Shown here one piece after another: positions 7,600 through 16,153 of a stretch of DNA of 32,000 nt. The notes under the pieces were generated by a model that saw only the letters and a program-made list of their open reading frames with translations, was not told the origin of the DNA and ran no database searches. This DNA comes from Haloquadratum walsbyi C23 (GTDB lineage Archaea > Halobacteriota > Halobacteria > Halobacteriales > Haloferacaceae). The stretch lies in the NCBI RefSeq assembly GCF_000237865.1, contig NC_017459.1, positions 480,001 through 512,000 on the forward strand. Reading direction: 5' to 3'. Numbering within the stretch: position 1 is the first letter of the stretch; every line of letters starts with the position of its first letter. The position numbers and the translations under genes were made by a program.

Positions 7600-8835
7600 A
7601 TGCCCTCATTTGACACTATTGATACCCTCAACGACGACACAGATGCGCCCGCTGAAAAGCGAGTTCTGCTTCGAGTTGATATAAACTCGCCTGTCAGTGA
7701 TGGTATCGTTCAGGACAATCGCCGTTTTGAGCGCCATGCACGAACAATTCAAGAACTATCAAACGCTGGATATCATACAATTCTTCTTGCACACCAAGGT
7801 CGCCCTGGGGGTGATGCGTTCATTTCACTCGAGGGACATACAGCAGTACTTGAAAAATACCTCGATTGTGAGGTTAATTTTATTGATGATACCCACGGCA
7901 AGCGAGTTGCTAAGGCAATCAATGCAACTGAGTCTGGCGACGTATTATTATTAGAAAACACGCGTATGTGCGAGGATGAACTTCCAGAGGCGGATCCAAA
8001 TATAAAAGCCAACACAGCATTCGTGCAATCATTGTCTAAGCACGTGGATGCGTATATAAACGATGCGTATTCGAGCGCACACCGCTCACATGCATCTCTC
8101 GTTGGATTCCCCAGTATGCTTCCATCGTATGCTGGTCGTGTGATGGAGACCGAATATCATGCAAATACTGCTATCGGGCAGAAAGAATTTGACGGCACTG
8201 TCGTTATGACTCTTGGTGGGACAAAAGCAACCGATGTTATTGACGTCATAAATAATCTTGCTGGAAGTGTTGACAGATTTTTACTGGGTGGTGTTGTGGG
8301 TGAACTATTCCTCCGTGCCTCAAACGTTCCAGTCGGTTTTGATATTACATCCGAGACTGACCGATATGACACGCAATGGAAGCACAACAGCAAGGTAATC
8401 AAATCGATATTGACAGAGCATTCTGATCAGATAACACTTGCAAGCGATCTTGCATATAATGAAGCAGGTGAGCGTGCAGAAGTCGCTGTTGATTCGATTA
8501 TAGAAAAAAGTGTCTCGTTTATGGACATTGGAACGACGACGGCAGAATCGTATGCTGAAGTGATTCGCGATGCTGATGCAGTCTTCGTTAAAGGTGCTCT
8601 CGGTGTATTTGAGACTGAAGCGTTCGCTAAGGGAACGGTGCGAGTGCTTGAAGCGATTGCAGACAGTAACTGTTTTTCTGTCGTCGGTGGGGGCGATACT
8701 TCTCGAGCGATTGGGATGTATGATATGAATAGAGCGGATTTTGATCATGTCTCAATCGCCGGTGGAGCATATATCCGTGCACTAACTGGACAGCCACTTG
8801 TTGGTGTCGAAGTACTGAAATCTGGGAGTATCTAA
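7600..8835 (+). CDS. pgk: Phosphoglycerate kinase
   Basis: 411 aa. Motifs are RVDINSP, LLAHQGRPG, LLENTR and a C-terminal VVGGGDT..A block. It lies adjacent to and co-oriented with gap. Confidence 0.92.
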   Translation: MPSFDTIDTLNDDTDAPAEKRVLLRVDINSPVSDGIVQDNRRFERHARTIQELSNAGYHTILLAHQGRPGGDAFISLEGHTAVLEKYLDCEVNFIDDTHGKRVAKAINATESGDVLLLENTRMCEDELPEADPNIKANTAFVQSLSKHVDAYINDAYSSAHRSHASLVGFPSMLPSYAGRVMETEYHANTAIGQKEFDGTVVMTLGGTKATDVIDVINNLAGSVDRFLLGGVVGELFLRASNVPVGFDITSETDRYDTQWKHNSKVIKSILTEHSDQITLASDLAYNEAGERAEVAVDSIIEKSVSFMDIGTTTAESYAEVIRDADAVFVKGALGVFETEAFAKGTVRVLEAIADSNCFSVVGGGDTSRAIGMYDMNRADFDHVSIAGGAYIRALTGQPLVGVEVLKSGSI

Positions 8836-8989
8836 ACGGAAAGCAGCGCAAGTTTCATACACACCGTGTGCGGGGTAATCTAATTCATCGTTTCTGCCCT
8901 CTGCTCTTGTTTTGGAGAGCGGTTCTAATGATTATAGGATACACCTGATGATTCGGGAGCCTTTTTCGCGTCCGTCCTAATTATATTGT

Positions 8990-9619
8990 ATGTTTACCGG
9001 TATTATTGAAGGAACTGGGGTCATTACCGCAGCAACAGCAGATGAGGGTGGTCGACGGCTTCGCATTGAACCGCCAGCAGCAATCAATGCAAAACAACTT
9101 GAACATGGACAATCCATTGCTGTGAGTGGTGCATGTCTTACTGTCGAGTCATCCGAAGCACGGACGACAGATACAAACGGTTACTTCGAAGTGTTTCTCG
9201 CGGCTGAAACTATTGATAAAACATACCTCGGTGAAATTAATGTTGGTGACCGTGTGAACATTGAGCGTGCACTCGCAGCCGATGATCGGTTTGATGGACA
9301 CCTTGTCCAGGGTCACGTTGATATGACGGCTCAAATAACATCGATTGACCGTATTGGTGATGATTGGACGTTTGGGTTTGATTTACCCACTTCAATTGCT
9401 CCATATGTTGTTCAAAAGGGATCGATTACTGTCGATGGAATTAGTCTTACCGTTGCCGAGCGCAACTCAACAGAATTCAGTGTCGCGATTATTCCAACAA
9501 CGTATGAGGTAACAACACTTTCAGAGAAAGCCGTAGGCGACCCTGTTCATCTTGAGGTCGATGTTGTTGCAAAGTATGTTGAACAACTCACAAGTGGCTA
9601 TCGTGAGTCGCTTGAATAA
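8990..9619 (+). CDS. ribE: Riboflavin synthase (alpha chain, bacterial/eukaryotic type)
   Basis: The N-terminus MFTGIIEGTG and an internal duplication (GQSIAVSGACLTV and GSITVDGISLTV, the lumazine-binding repeats) are present. Confidence 0.9.
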   Translation: MFTGIIEGTGVITAATADEGGRRLRIEPPAAINAKQLEHGQSIAVSGACLTVESSEARTTDTNGYFEVFLAAETIDKTYLGEINVGDRVNIERALAADDRFDGHLVQGHVDMTAQITSIDRIGDDWTFGFDLPTSIAPYVVQKGSITVDGISLTVAERNSTEFSVAIIPTTYEVTTLSEKAVGDPVHLEVDVVAKYVEQLTSGYRESLE

Positions 9620-9731
9620 TAGCTACTCATCTTCAACATAATATACAGCCTGGCTTCTTTCGACTCAGTAATCATTCATATCAATCACGTGAATGCGCAG
9701 ATAATTTAATTTACAGGCGGTCTAGGAGAAT

Positions 9732-9754
9732 GCCTCGGGGCTTGACCCCAAGGC
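9732..9754. repeat. Palindromic hairpin gcctcggggcttgacccc(a)aggc
   Basis: The stem is cctcgggg / cccc(a)agg with loop cttga. The 19 nt tgcctcggggcttgacccc are identical to 15005-15023. Confidence 0.8.
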
Positions 9755-9785
9755 GATTCACGAGAGCATAATTATCATGAACTGA

Positions 9786-9982
9786 GTGACCTACCCCACC
9801 CTACCGCTTGCCTGACGGCTTTCGATTGAAGACGGGGCTTCCTGCTTCTACGACGCACTTTGCAGAGACAGACGTATCCACAGCGGTTCCGGTCTCCACA
9901 GGCGTTGACGAATCGCGCGGCGATTTGTTTGCACACCAGAAATCGGAGATTTCTGGGGACGTTACTTCGGCATGTCCCAAAG
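9786..9982 (-). pseudogene. IS1341-type tnpB tail / omega-RNA-scaffold-like relic (copy B)
   Basis: The minus reading is LTLGHAEVTSPEISDFWCANKSPRDSSTPVETGTAVDTSVSAKCVVEAGSPVFNRKPSGKR. It aligns block by block with copy A (3892-3956 and 4002-4134) and lacks A's 45-nt insertion. Confidence 0.7.
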
Positions 9983-10025
9983 TTAGTTTTGATGATACTG
10001 CATGGTGTCTGACCGTGCCCATGTT

Positions 10026-10192
10026 TTGAATTACGGCTCAAAGTTCCAGCAGTGAGCGTTTTGTGAACTGCAACGCTACATCGAATACAAAGCCGAAGAA
10101 TACGGCATTGATGTAGACGATCTGAAGCCACGCTACACGGCTCAGCGATGTAGTCATTCTGAATGTGACCTGACCCCGAGGCAGTTGACACA
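10026..10192 (+). pseudogene. Internal tnpB fragment (RuvC-II to start of zinc ribbon) fused to an element-end half hairpin
   Basis: The plus reading is ..[45 protein letters not shown]. This matches the TnpB consensus W.F..L...YKAE..GI.V..V.P.YTSQ.CS.CG, with TGA (10053-10055) where the conserved Trp codon is expected. The reading breaks off into gtgacctgaccccgaggcag, which matches the end of copy C (gtgaccccgaggcag, 15342-15356). Confidence 0.7.
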
Positions 10193-10274
10193 CGTCAAAC
10201 CTATGATATTCGCCTTGAACCACCTGAAAAACAACCGAATAATGAGGTGATGAGATACATCTGAGAGACCTCAG

Positions 10275-11279
10275 TCACTGCGTTATATCGTTTTCGTCCG
10301 GAGTAACCTCATTATCCTTATTTGCAGAATGTACACGCTGGTAGCTGTTACGATATCGCTGTATCTTAATGAATAATATAAGACCGAAAATACTGTCATA
10401 GAAGACAACGTATATCAGATAAGAAACAATTCCACTCAGTCCGGTAATCGACGCAATGACTCCAGACCCAAGACCAACAGTCGCATTATACGTTGCATGA
10501 ATTATCGCTGCAAGTAATATCCCTTTCATTACAATTGGTCCCCGCTGACCAGGATTGAATTTTGCAAGACCAAGATAATACCCGGCGATTGCTGAATAAA
10601 TAACATGACCAGGACCAGCAAGTGCTCGAATAGCCGTTATTCCCCCACCAGCACCAATAAGCCCTAAGCCGAGATCAAGTCCGCTGCTTGGTAGCTGTCG
10701 AGCGATATACAACGCATTTTCGATAACCGCAAATCCTAATCCGGCCATTGCACCGTAAACAGCTCCATCAAGAACAGAATTGAACCGATCGTCGCTATAT
10801 GCATATAGTCTGACAGCTAAAAGTTTAACAGATTCCTCGATGGGACCAACGACGAGAAAGAAAAATACAATTGAGCTTATGAACCCAAGTCCACGGAAGT
10901 ATGGTCGAAGAACCGTATTAAGAACAGCCGCAAAGTTCGCTGTAAGAACCCCAAGTAAAAACGTTGCAACGAGCAGTAATATTGGTTCGGTCTCAGTAAT
11001 GTCTGTCAACGAAACATATACAGCAAGTCCGACGGCTGGGATTGCTGACAGAGCAGTCAGTATTCCTGTTTGTGGATCTGTAAGCGCAGCAAGACCACCA
11101 ACAGCAAGCAGCAGTGTCAACGCGATAAGAATGACAGTCACACGTGCGGACCCCGCAAGAAGCCACCAAAGCACAGACGCAATCCTGTCAGTTCGACTGC
11201 GGACTTCCCATGTTGCAATATCATAGAGGTCAAGTGAGTCGTCAGCTGCCTCCTCTATGGGGTCTTGAGGTCTAACCAT
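10275..11279 (-). CDS. PrsW-family intramembrane protease-like membrane protein
   Basis: The protein is polytopic, with GPIEESVKLLAV (EExxK) and AIIHATYNA (HxxxN) motifs. The start was trimmed to the ATG at 11279 (MVRPQDPIEE...); the track start at 11309 is a non-ATG codon. Confidence 0.75.
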   Translation of the reverse strand: MVRPQDPIEEAADDSLDLYDIATWEVRSRTDRIASVLWWLLAGSARVTVILIALTLLLAVGGLAALTDPQTGILTALSAIPAVGLAVYVSLTDITETEPILLLVATFLLGVLTANFAAVLNTVLRPYFRGLGFISSIVFFFLVVGPIEESVKLLAVRLYAYSDDRFNSVLDGAVYGAMAGLGFAVIENALYIARQLPSSGLDLGLGLIGAGGGITAIRALAGPGHVIYSAIAGYYLGLAKFNPGQRGPIVMKGILLAAIIHATYNATVGLGSGVIASITGLSGIVSYLIYVVFYDSIFGLILFIKIQRYRNSYQRVHSANKDNEVTPDENDITQ

Positions 11280-11639
11280 CCTATGTACGCACCGATTATT
11301 ACTGATCAAACATATCAGTTGTTGTAACCAGTTTTGTGTCTAAATATGAGAAAAATCTATAATCGGAGCAAAGTGAACCCCCCCGACTCTTATTCTCAAG
11401 GGTGTTCACAGGTCAACCGATTGTGGTCGTGATACCTCACCCGATCAGAAATCATTGGAGATCTTACTGAAAGTCACACTTTTGTGGAGCTGCTTCTGAT
11501 AAATTCAGCATCAGTCATCCAGCGACAATATTGGCTTGTATATTATATACTGGTGATCATAATCACATCCTGGTTAGATCAAATGATAGCATACGATAGG
11601 ACCGATAGCATTCACAATCGTCCATGCATATAGGCTATT

Positions 11640-13157
11640 ATGGGAACTGACAATCATAGCGTTCGTGTCAGTGTGCGTGGAATATACGCCACAGCGCTGA
11701 CAAAGCGTCTTCTCGATGCTGATTATGAGATAGTGCAAGCCTCACCAGTGATTCGTGAGCGCTTTGATATTGACTTCGATACTGTATACAACACTGTAAC
11801 AGTCACCACGACAGACGATCATCAAGGGGTTGGTATACATGGGACAGAGTCTGCAGTTAACTCAGTCGCAGATGTGCTCATTTCATGCGGGCGAGATACA
11901 CTTGCATGGGATGATTTAACGCCGCCAGGCGTCATTTTCACTGCACAAATCACAGAAATGCAGGGTTCAGGAGCAATTTGCGCGCTTATTCCGGCGGAGA
12001 ACCCCGATACTGAGAGTAAAACTGAATCTGATCTCAACGACGTACACATACCAGATGAGAGTGTTGCTACGGGATATCTTCCATATGACAGTACTGACAA
12101 GCACATTGAGCAGGGGGATATAATGACCGTTCAAAGTCACCGAAGCATGCCCCCATGGGATAACACCGATCAGCGGGCAGATGCGGTAGTCGGGACGACA
12201 CTACGAGCGAACGGTGGACTTGCTACATTAATACAGGGTCATGAAGGCGTCACAGTTGACACATATGATGATGAAGACGCACGCGAACTCGCTGGGATGA
12301 TTGAACTTATCGATATTGATCTACCGACAGGGTGGGGCATCGAAGTAAATCACGCAGCAACCCAGGCATCGCTCACAGCACTCAAGTCAGGGCTTGAACG
12401 AGCAATCGACCGTGCTGAGGATATATCTGATGGAGCAGTGGCTAAAGAGGTCACATCAACAGGACGGTGGCTCTGGTTTGGTCGTGAATCACGCTTTGCG
12501 CTGGATGAAATCAGACGAAGCGTAATAACGACAATACACGGTCATCATCGAATCAAAGCCGCAGGGGAAACTGCAAGTGCTGGTGTTGACCTGGCTGAGG
12601 CGCTGTGTGGTGACACTGGAGATGGTAATGTACAAATACAACATAACGAATTTCCGTTTGAGGTAGTGACGCAGCAATTTGGACCGACAGAGGGAGAGCG
12701 AGTTGAGCTCTACCATGGAAAACCTGAGGGTCATGCATTCTCATTAGGTCAAGGAGAAGTCACCGACTGGGACGCTAATGGGACGATTGAGGTAACACGG
12801 AGGATCTCTGGGCACGGGAGCGGAACATACGATGAACTTGGGACTCCTCGAGAGTCTGGTGATACAGCCGTCACACGAGTTCGAGAAGGACGGTGGTGGT
12901 ATCCAACAGTATACCGGAGTCGTGACGGTGAACATAAGGGAACATACGTGAATATATGTACACCTGTTGAGTGTTTCCCCAAATCGATTCGATATGTCGA
13001 TCTTCATGTTGATGTGGTTAAATACCCGGATGGGACAGTCGAGCGTGTTGATGATGATGAACTTAATACAGCAGTTACTGCCGGACATATTCCGCCAGCA
13101 CTTGCAAAAAAAGCCCAGAGTGTCGCTAGTAGTCTTGAACGGGCACTCGATGAATAA
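11640..13157 (+). CDS. FAU-1 family RNA-binding protein / probable ribonuclease (DUF402 C-terminal domain)
   Basis: The N-terminus VRVSVRGIYATALTKRLLD and the C-terminal GTYVNICTPVE..IRYVDLHVDVVKYPDGTVERVDDDEL are as in archaeal FAU-1 / RNase E/G-like proteins. 505 aa. Confidence 0.75.
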   Translation: MGTDNHSVRVSVRGIYATALTKRLLDADYEIVQASPVIRERFDIDFDTVYNTVTVTTTDDHQGVGIHGTESAVNSVADVLISCGRDTLAWDDLTPPGVIFTAQITEMQGSGAICALIPAENPDTESKTESDLNDVHIPDESVATGYLPYDSTDKHIEQGDIMTVQSHRSMPPWDNTDQRADAVVGTTLRANGGLATLIQGHEGVTVDTYDDEDARELAGMIELIDIDLPTGWGIEVNHAATQASLTALKSGLERAIDRAEDISDGAVAKEVTSTGRWLWFGRESRFALDEIRRSVITTIHGHHRIKAAGETASAGVDLAEALCGDTGDGNVQIQHNEFPFEVVTQQFGPTEGERVELYHGKPEGHAFSLGQGEVTDWDANGTIEVTRRISGHGSGTYDELGTPRESGDTAVTRVREGRWWYPTVYRSRDGEHKGTYVNICTPVECFPKSIRYVDLHVDVVKYPDGTVERVDDDELNTAVTAGHIPPALAKKAQSVASSLERALDE

Positions 13158-13423
13158 TCACAGAACTGAGATCATAACTCAATAGTTGAACATATCTCTT
13201 ATATACGAATGATAAAAATGACGTGTGATCAAGGATTGTATGGATTCTTGTAGGGTTAATCTGGACATATTCTCACTCATCAAGTAAAAACACATACAGA
13301 CAGAACCGGTCAAAGAACACCTACGTGTGACTACAGTGCAGTTCGAGATGGCGTATTCTAGGAGTACCTACATGAGATCCAATGAAGGAATATTTGATGT
13401 AATCTAAATTTTGAGCGTATCGA

Positions 13424-13879
13424 CTACTCCTGTTGACTCATATCGCGCTCACCATCGAGTGCCTCTGTGCGAAGTTTCCGACAACGTTCTGACTCCACGG
13501 AGAGATCTGCGACCGTTGTTGGATTCATATCTTCATCGACAGCCACAAATACAAAGTATGATTCGGTGGTACGTTCGCGACTGCCGGTCTGTGGGTTCTC
13601 ACGGTATGCTCGAAGTCGAACGCGAATTGAACTCTCTCCAGTCGCGTATGCATATGACTCGATAATACAAGTATCACCCTGCGGAATTGGGCGTTCAAAG
13701 TCCAGTCGGTCAATACGGGCGGTGACACATGTATTCCCTGCATGACGCATTGCTGACATTGCACCAACTTCATCCATCCACTTGGCGACATTTCCTCCGT
13801 GTGCGGTGCCATAGTTGTTTACATCGTCTGGCTGAACTCGCTCACGATTTTCGATGTACGTCGCGGTAACAGTACTCAT
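13424..13879 (-). CDS. Acyl-CoA thioesterase (hotdog fold)
   Basis: 151 aa. NNYGTAHGGNVAKWMDEVGAMSAMRHAG...VTARIDRLDFERPI is typical of the 4HBT/acyl-CoA hydrolase family. Confidence 0.8.
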   Translation of the reverse strand: MSTVTATYIENRERVQPDDVNNYGTAHGGNVAKWMDEVGAMSAMRHAGNTCVTARIDRLDFERPIPQGDTCIIESYAYATGESSIRVRLRAYRENPQTGSRERTTESYFVFVAVDEDMNPTTVADLSVESERCRKLRTEALDGERDMSQQE

Positions 13880-14082
13880 ATTGATACTAGTTCGTCACGA
13901 CAATTGAGGGTTCTGACGTTGTTCGATATCCTTCTATCCAAACCGAGTATTTTTCATATCACTATCATTCTCACAACACCGCAACCACAATCAATAATCA
14001 ATAGATTGCGTGAGCCACACCCCAAACTCGATCCTAAAGAATCCACTGTGTTGTTACTTATCGGTTTATCGGCATCGTTATC

Positions 14083-14121
14083 AAAAAAAAGTAGCCCTAT
14101 GCGACGCGTGTCGCGTGCGAC
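14083..14121 (-). terminator. Hairpin plus T8 tract downstream of the small acidic ORF
   Basis: On the minus strand the order is: stop at 14138, about 17 nt, the gtcgcacgcgacacgcgtcgc hairpin (14121-14101), 10 nt, then TTTTTTTT (14090-14083). Oligo-T tracts are the known archaeal termination signal. Confidence 0.45.
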
Positions 14122-14137
14122 AGTCAGCAGTATCCAG

Positions 14138-14299
14138 CTACTCGTCGTCGTCGCCGCCGTCAGTAACGATACGAACGTCCTCGGCTTCGTCCATATCGGC
14201 AAATGGCGACTCAGGTTCGTCTATCTCGTCTTCTGCTTCCTCATCCTCACGTGCTGACTCATACGCCCAATCGTCCGTGTAATCTCCAAAGTGACACAT
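14138..14299 (-). CDS. Small highly acidic protein (53 aa), function unknown
   Basis: The ORF runs from the ATG at 14299 to the TAG at 14140-14138: MCHFGDYTDDWAYESAREDEEAEDEIDEPESPFADMDEAEDVRIVTDGGDDDE. It falls below the ORF-track size cutoff. Support comes from the clean ORF, the following hairpin plus T8, and halophile-like composition. I recognised no homolog. Confidence 0.45.
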   Translation of the reverse strand: MCHFGDYTDDWAYESAREDEEAEDEIDEPESPFADMDEAEDVRIVTDGGDDDE

Positions 14300-14437
14300 T
14301 GTTGTAATCCATTTAGTCGAAGGAAATCCAGAGACTTAATACTTGATAATATCAAAAATTCTATATAATTTCATACATAAAAGTCACATATCAATCGCCG
14401 GGGCATACAAGTGTGATAAGACCATATTATATTTTGT

Positions 14438-14743
14438 ATGAAAAATCCGATATGCTCATCTGAGGATAATGAATCGGAAAATAAGAATGCAAAGCGTGGA
14501 GCAAAATTCGGGAGTCAGGTCGGTGCTGCTGCGGGCGCACGTGTTGGTCCGTTTGTGACCGGGCTTTCATCTGGACTGGGAGGTGCTGTTGGTTATCTTG
14601 TCGGCAGTGTCGTTGATGATGTTGCCGATACTGCAAAGCCCATGACCGATGGTGGGCACCAGCAATCAGATAATTATCCTCATGAAGAGCCGGACACTGG
14701 TGATGAAATTGATATTCCAGTCCAAATAGAGACACCGGAGTAA
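14438..14743 (+). CDS. Small glycine-zipper-like protein (101 aa), function unknown
   Basis: The central segment GSQVGAAAGARVGPFVTGLSSGLGGAVGYLVGSVV has GxxxG-type repeats and is flanked by acidic tails. No competing gene overlaps it. Confidence 0.5.
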   Translation: MKNPICSSEDNESENKNAKRGAKFGSQVGAAAGARVGPFVTGLSSGLGGAVGYLVGSVVDDVADTAKPMTDGGHQQSDNYPHEEPDTGDEIDIPVQIETPE

Positions 14744-15005
14744 CTCAAAGAGATCGATACGAAACGCTCAATCCGATCATTATATACTGAAACCATCGGT
14801 ATCAATTAAGTGGCATTTCACCAATATATTTTATATTCACTACTCGTTGAGAACGCGCCGCATCAATCACCCGTGATATTATGAGTAGAAATCGCATCGT
14901 GGTAATAAAAGCCCATACCTGCAAAGAACCGAAATCAGCGGTTGAGTAGTGATTGGGTAATCAGCCATCTGTGAAATACCAGATGTACAGATCGTCAAGG
15001 CGACT

Positions 15006-15026
15006 GCCTCGGGGCTTGACCCCGAG
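15006..15026. repeat. Palindromic hairpin gcctcggggcttgaccccgag
   Basis: This is the same 19-nt core as 9731-9749. The stem is ctcgggg/ccccgag with loop cttga. Confidence 0.8.
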
Positions 15027-15164
15027 AGGGTAAAGCCGACACATCTGATTGACCCGTAATATTCGGTACGATTAGTGATTAATAATGATTCTAATGGTCA
15101 GCGTGTCTGACTGAGAGTCACATCACACGGGCGGTCAGATACCACGCACTGTCCAACTCAGAGA

Positions 15165-15360
15165 GGAACGGGACGTTCCAAATCAACGTCGTCTGAGAGA
15201 CGAAGTCTCTCGTGATAACGAAAATCTTCGATTTTCGAACGACCTGTGGAGACCGGAACCGTTCTGAAACGGTCCTCTCAGTGAGAGTGGGTTTGTCAGT
15301 TCTGTCGACAAAGCAGGAAGCCTCGGGGCTCTGATGTTGATGTGACCCCGAGGCAGGTTC
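15165..15360 (+). mobile_element. Diverged tnpB-tail / right-end relic (copy C), ending in a long-loop hairpin
   Basis: The plus strand matches the reverse complement of copy B in cctgtggagaccggaacc and a(a/g)agcaggaagcc. The hairpin cgaaaatc-ttc-gattttcg lies at the position equivalent to the ccagaaatc hairpin of A and B. The terminal hairpin is gcctcgggg..(15)..ccccgaggc (15320-15353). The reading frame is broken (PVETGTV.. then ..VLSTKQEASGL). Confidence 0.6.
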
Positions 15361-15426
15361 ACTGTGAGAGTAACATTTTGATTGACATATCGATACCGAA
15401 TTAGACATGGGTGCAATTGTCATATA

Positions 15427-16152
15427 TTATTCACCAGGTGAATTACTCTGATTCTGCTTAGAGTCGTCAGAGCTTGTTCTATTATGACGAGCGTTCACAT
15501 CAGACTCACTTTCATACACATTATCTCCCTTTTGTTGAGCTGAATCCTCAAGCGTCCTGTCTTCATCATCTATATTTTCATTTTCAGTGGTCTCAGGTGG
15601 TCCAAGTTGATCAGTGAACCCCCATTCAGCCGCACGTGCTGCTGCCTCTGCACGTGCCTCTTGCTTAATTGACTCGATTTGGTCGGTGTCCGCGAGAAAC
15701 GCTTCAACCGCTGTTTGTGTGTCTGTGCCATCGACACGCGTTTGCGGGGCAACGTTACGAGTCCGCTCAACCAGTGTCGCGTCATTAGTAAGATGGCGAG
15801 CCGGCGCAGTCGGAGCGACAGCGAATGTATCGGTCACATCACGATGTATGCTCATCAACGCTGCTGCGGGGAGAGTATGGACATCAACATGTGGAGTGCC
15901 ACTATCTGATAGAGCATCAATTGCTTCAGACCCAACAACATCATTATCAGTATGGTATGCAGCCATTGGAACTCCCTGTTCAAACGTGATTACTGCGCGA
16001 TCATCCTCACCAGCGAGGATTGATTGTTGTGGTTCAAAAACAACGTACCCAGTCAATGATCGATTGAGCGCAGATATAAGTGTCTCAGCGATATCTGCAT
16101 CAGTGCGAGATCGACACAAGTCACCAGTTGGAATCTGTTCATAAAATACCAT
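15427..16152 (-). CDS. Acidic hypothetical protein, translationally adjacent partner of the MinD/ParA-like ATPase
   Basis: The ATG at 16152 lies one nucleotide after the upstream gene's stop codon (16156-16154). The product is 241 aa: MVFYEQIPTGDLCRSRTDADIAETLISALNRSLTGYVVFEPQQ..., with an Asp/Glu/Ser/Asn-rich low-complexity C-terminus. The track ORF, extended to 16431, overlaps the ATPase gene and was trimmed. Confidence 0.7.
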   Translation of the reverse strand: MVFYEQIPTGDLCRSRTDADIAETLISALNRSLTGYVVFEPQQSILAGEDDRAVITFEQGVPMAAYHTDNDVVGSEAIDALSDSGTPHVDVHTLPAAALMSIHRDVTDTFAVAPTAPARHLTNDATLVERTRNVAPQTRVDGTDTQTAVEAFLADTDQIESIKQEARAEAAARAAEWGFTDQLGPPETTENENIDDEDRTLEDSAQQKGDNVYESESDVNARHNRTSSDDSKQNQSNSPGE

Positions 16153-16153
16153 T

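Noticed and set aside
13799-14282. Plus-strand track ORFs 13799..14257 and 14010..14282
   Set aside because: They overlap the thioesterase start and the small acidic minus-strand ORF. Their sequences are low-complexity (Ser/Leu/Ile-rich) and cross an A8 tract.
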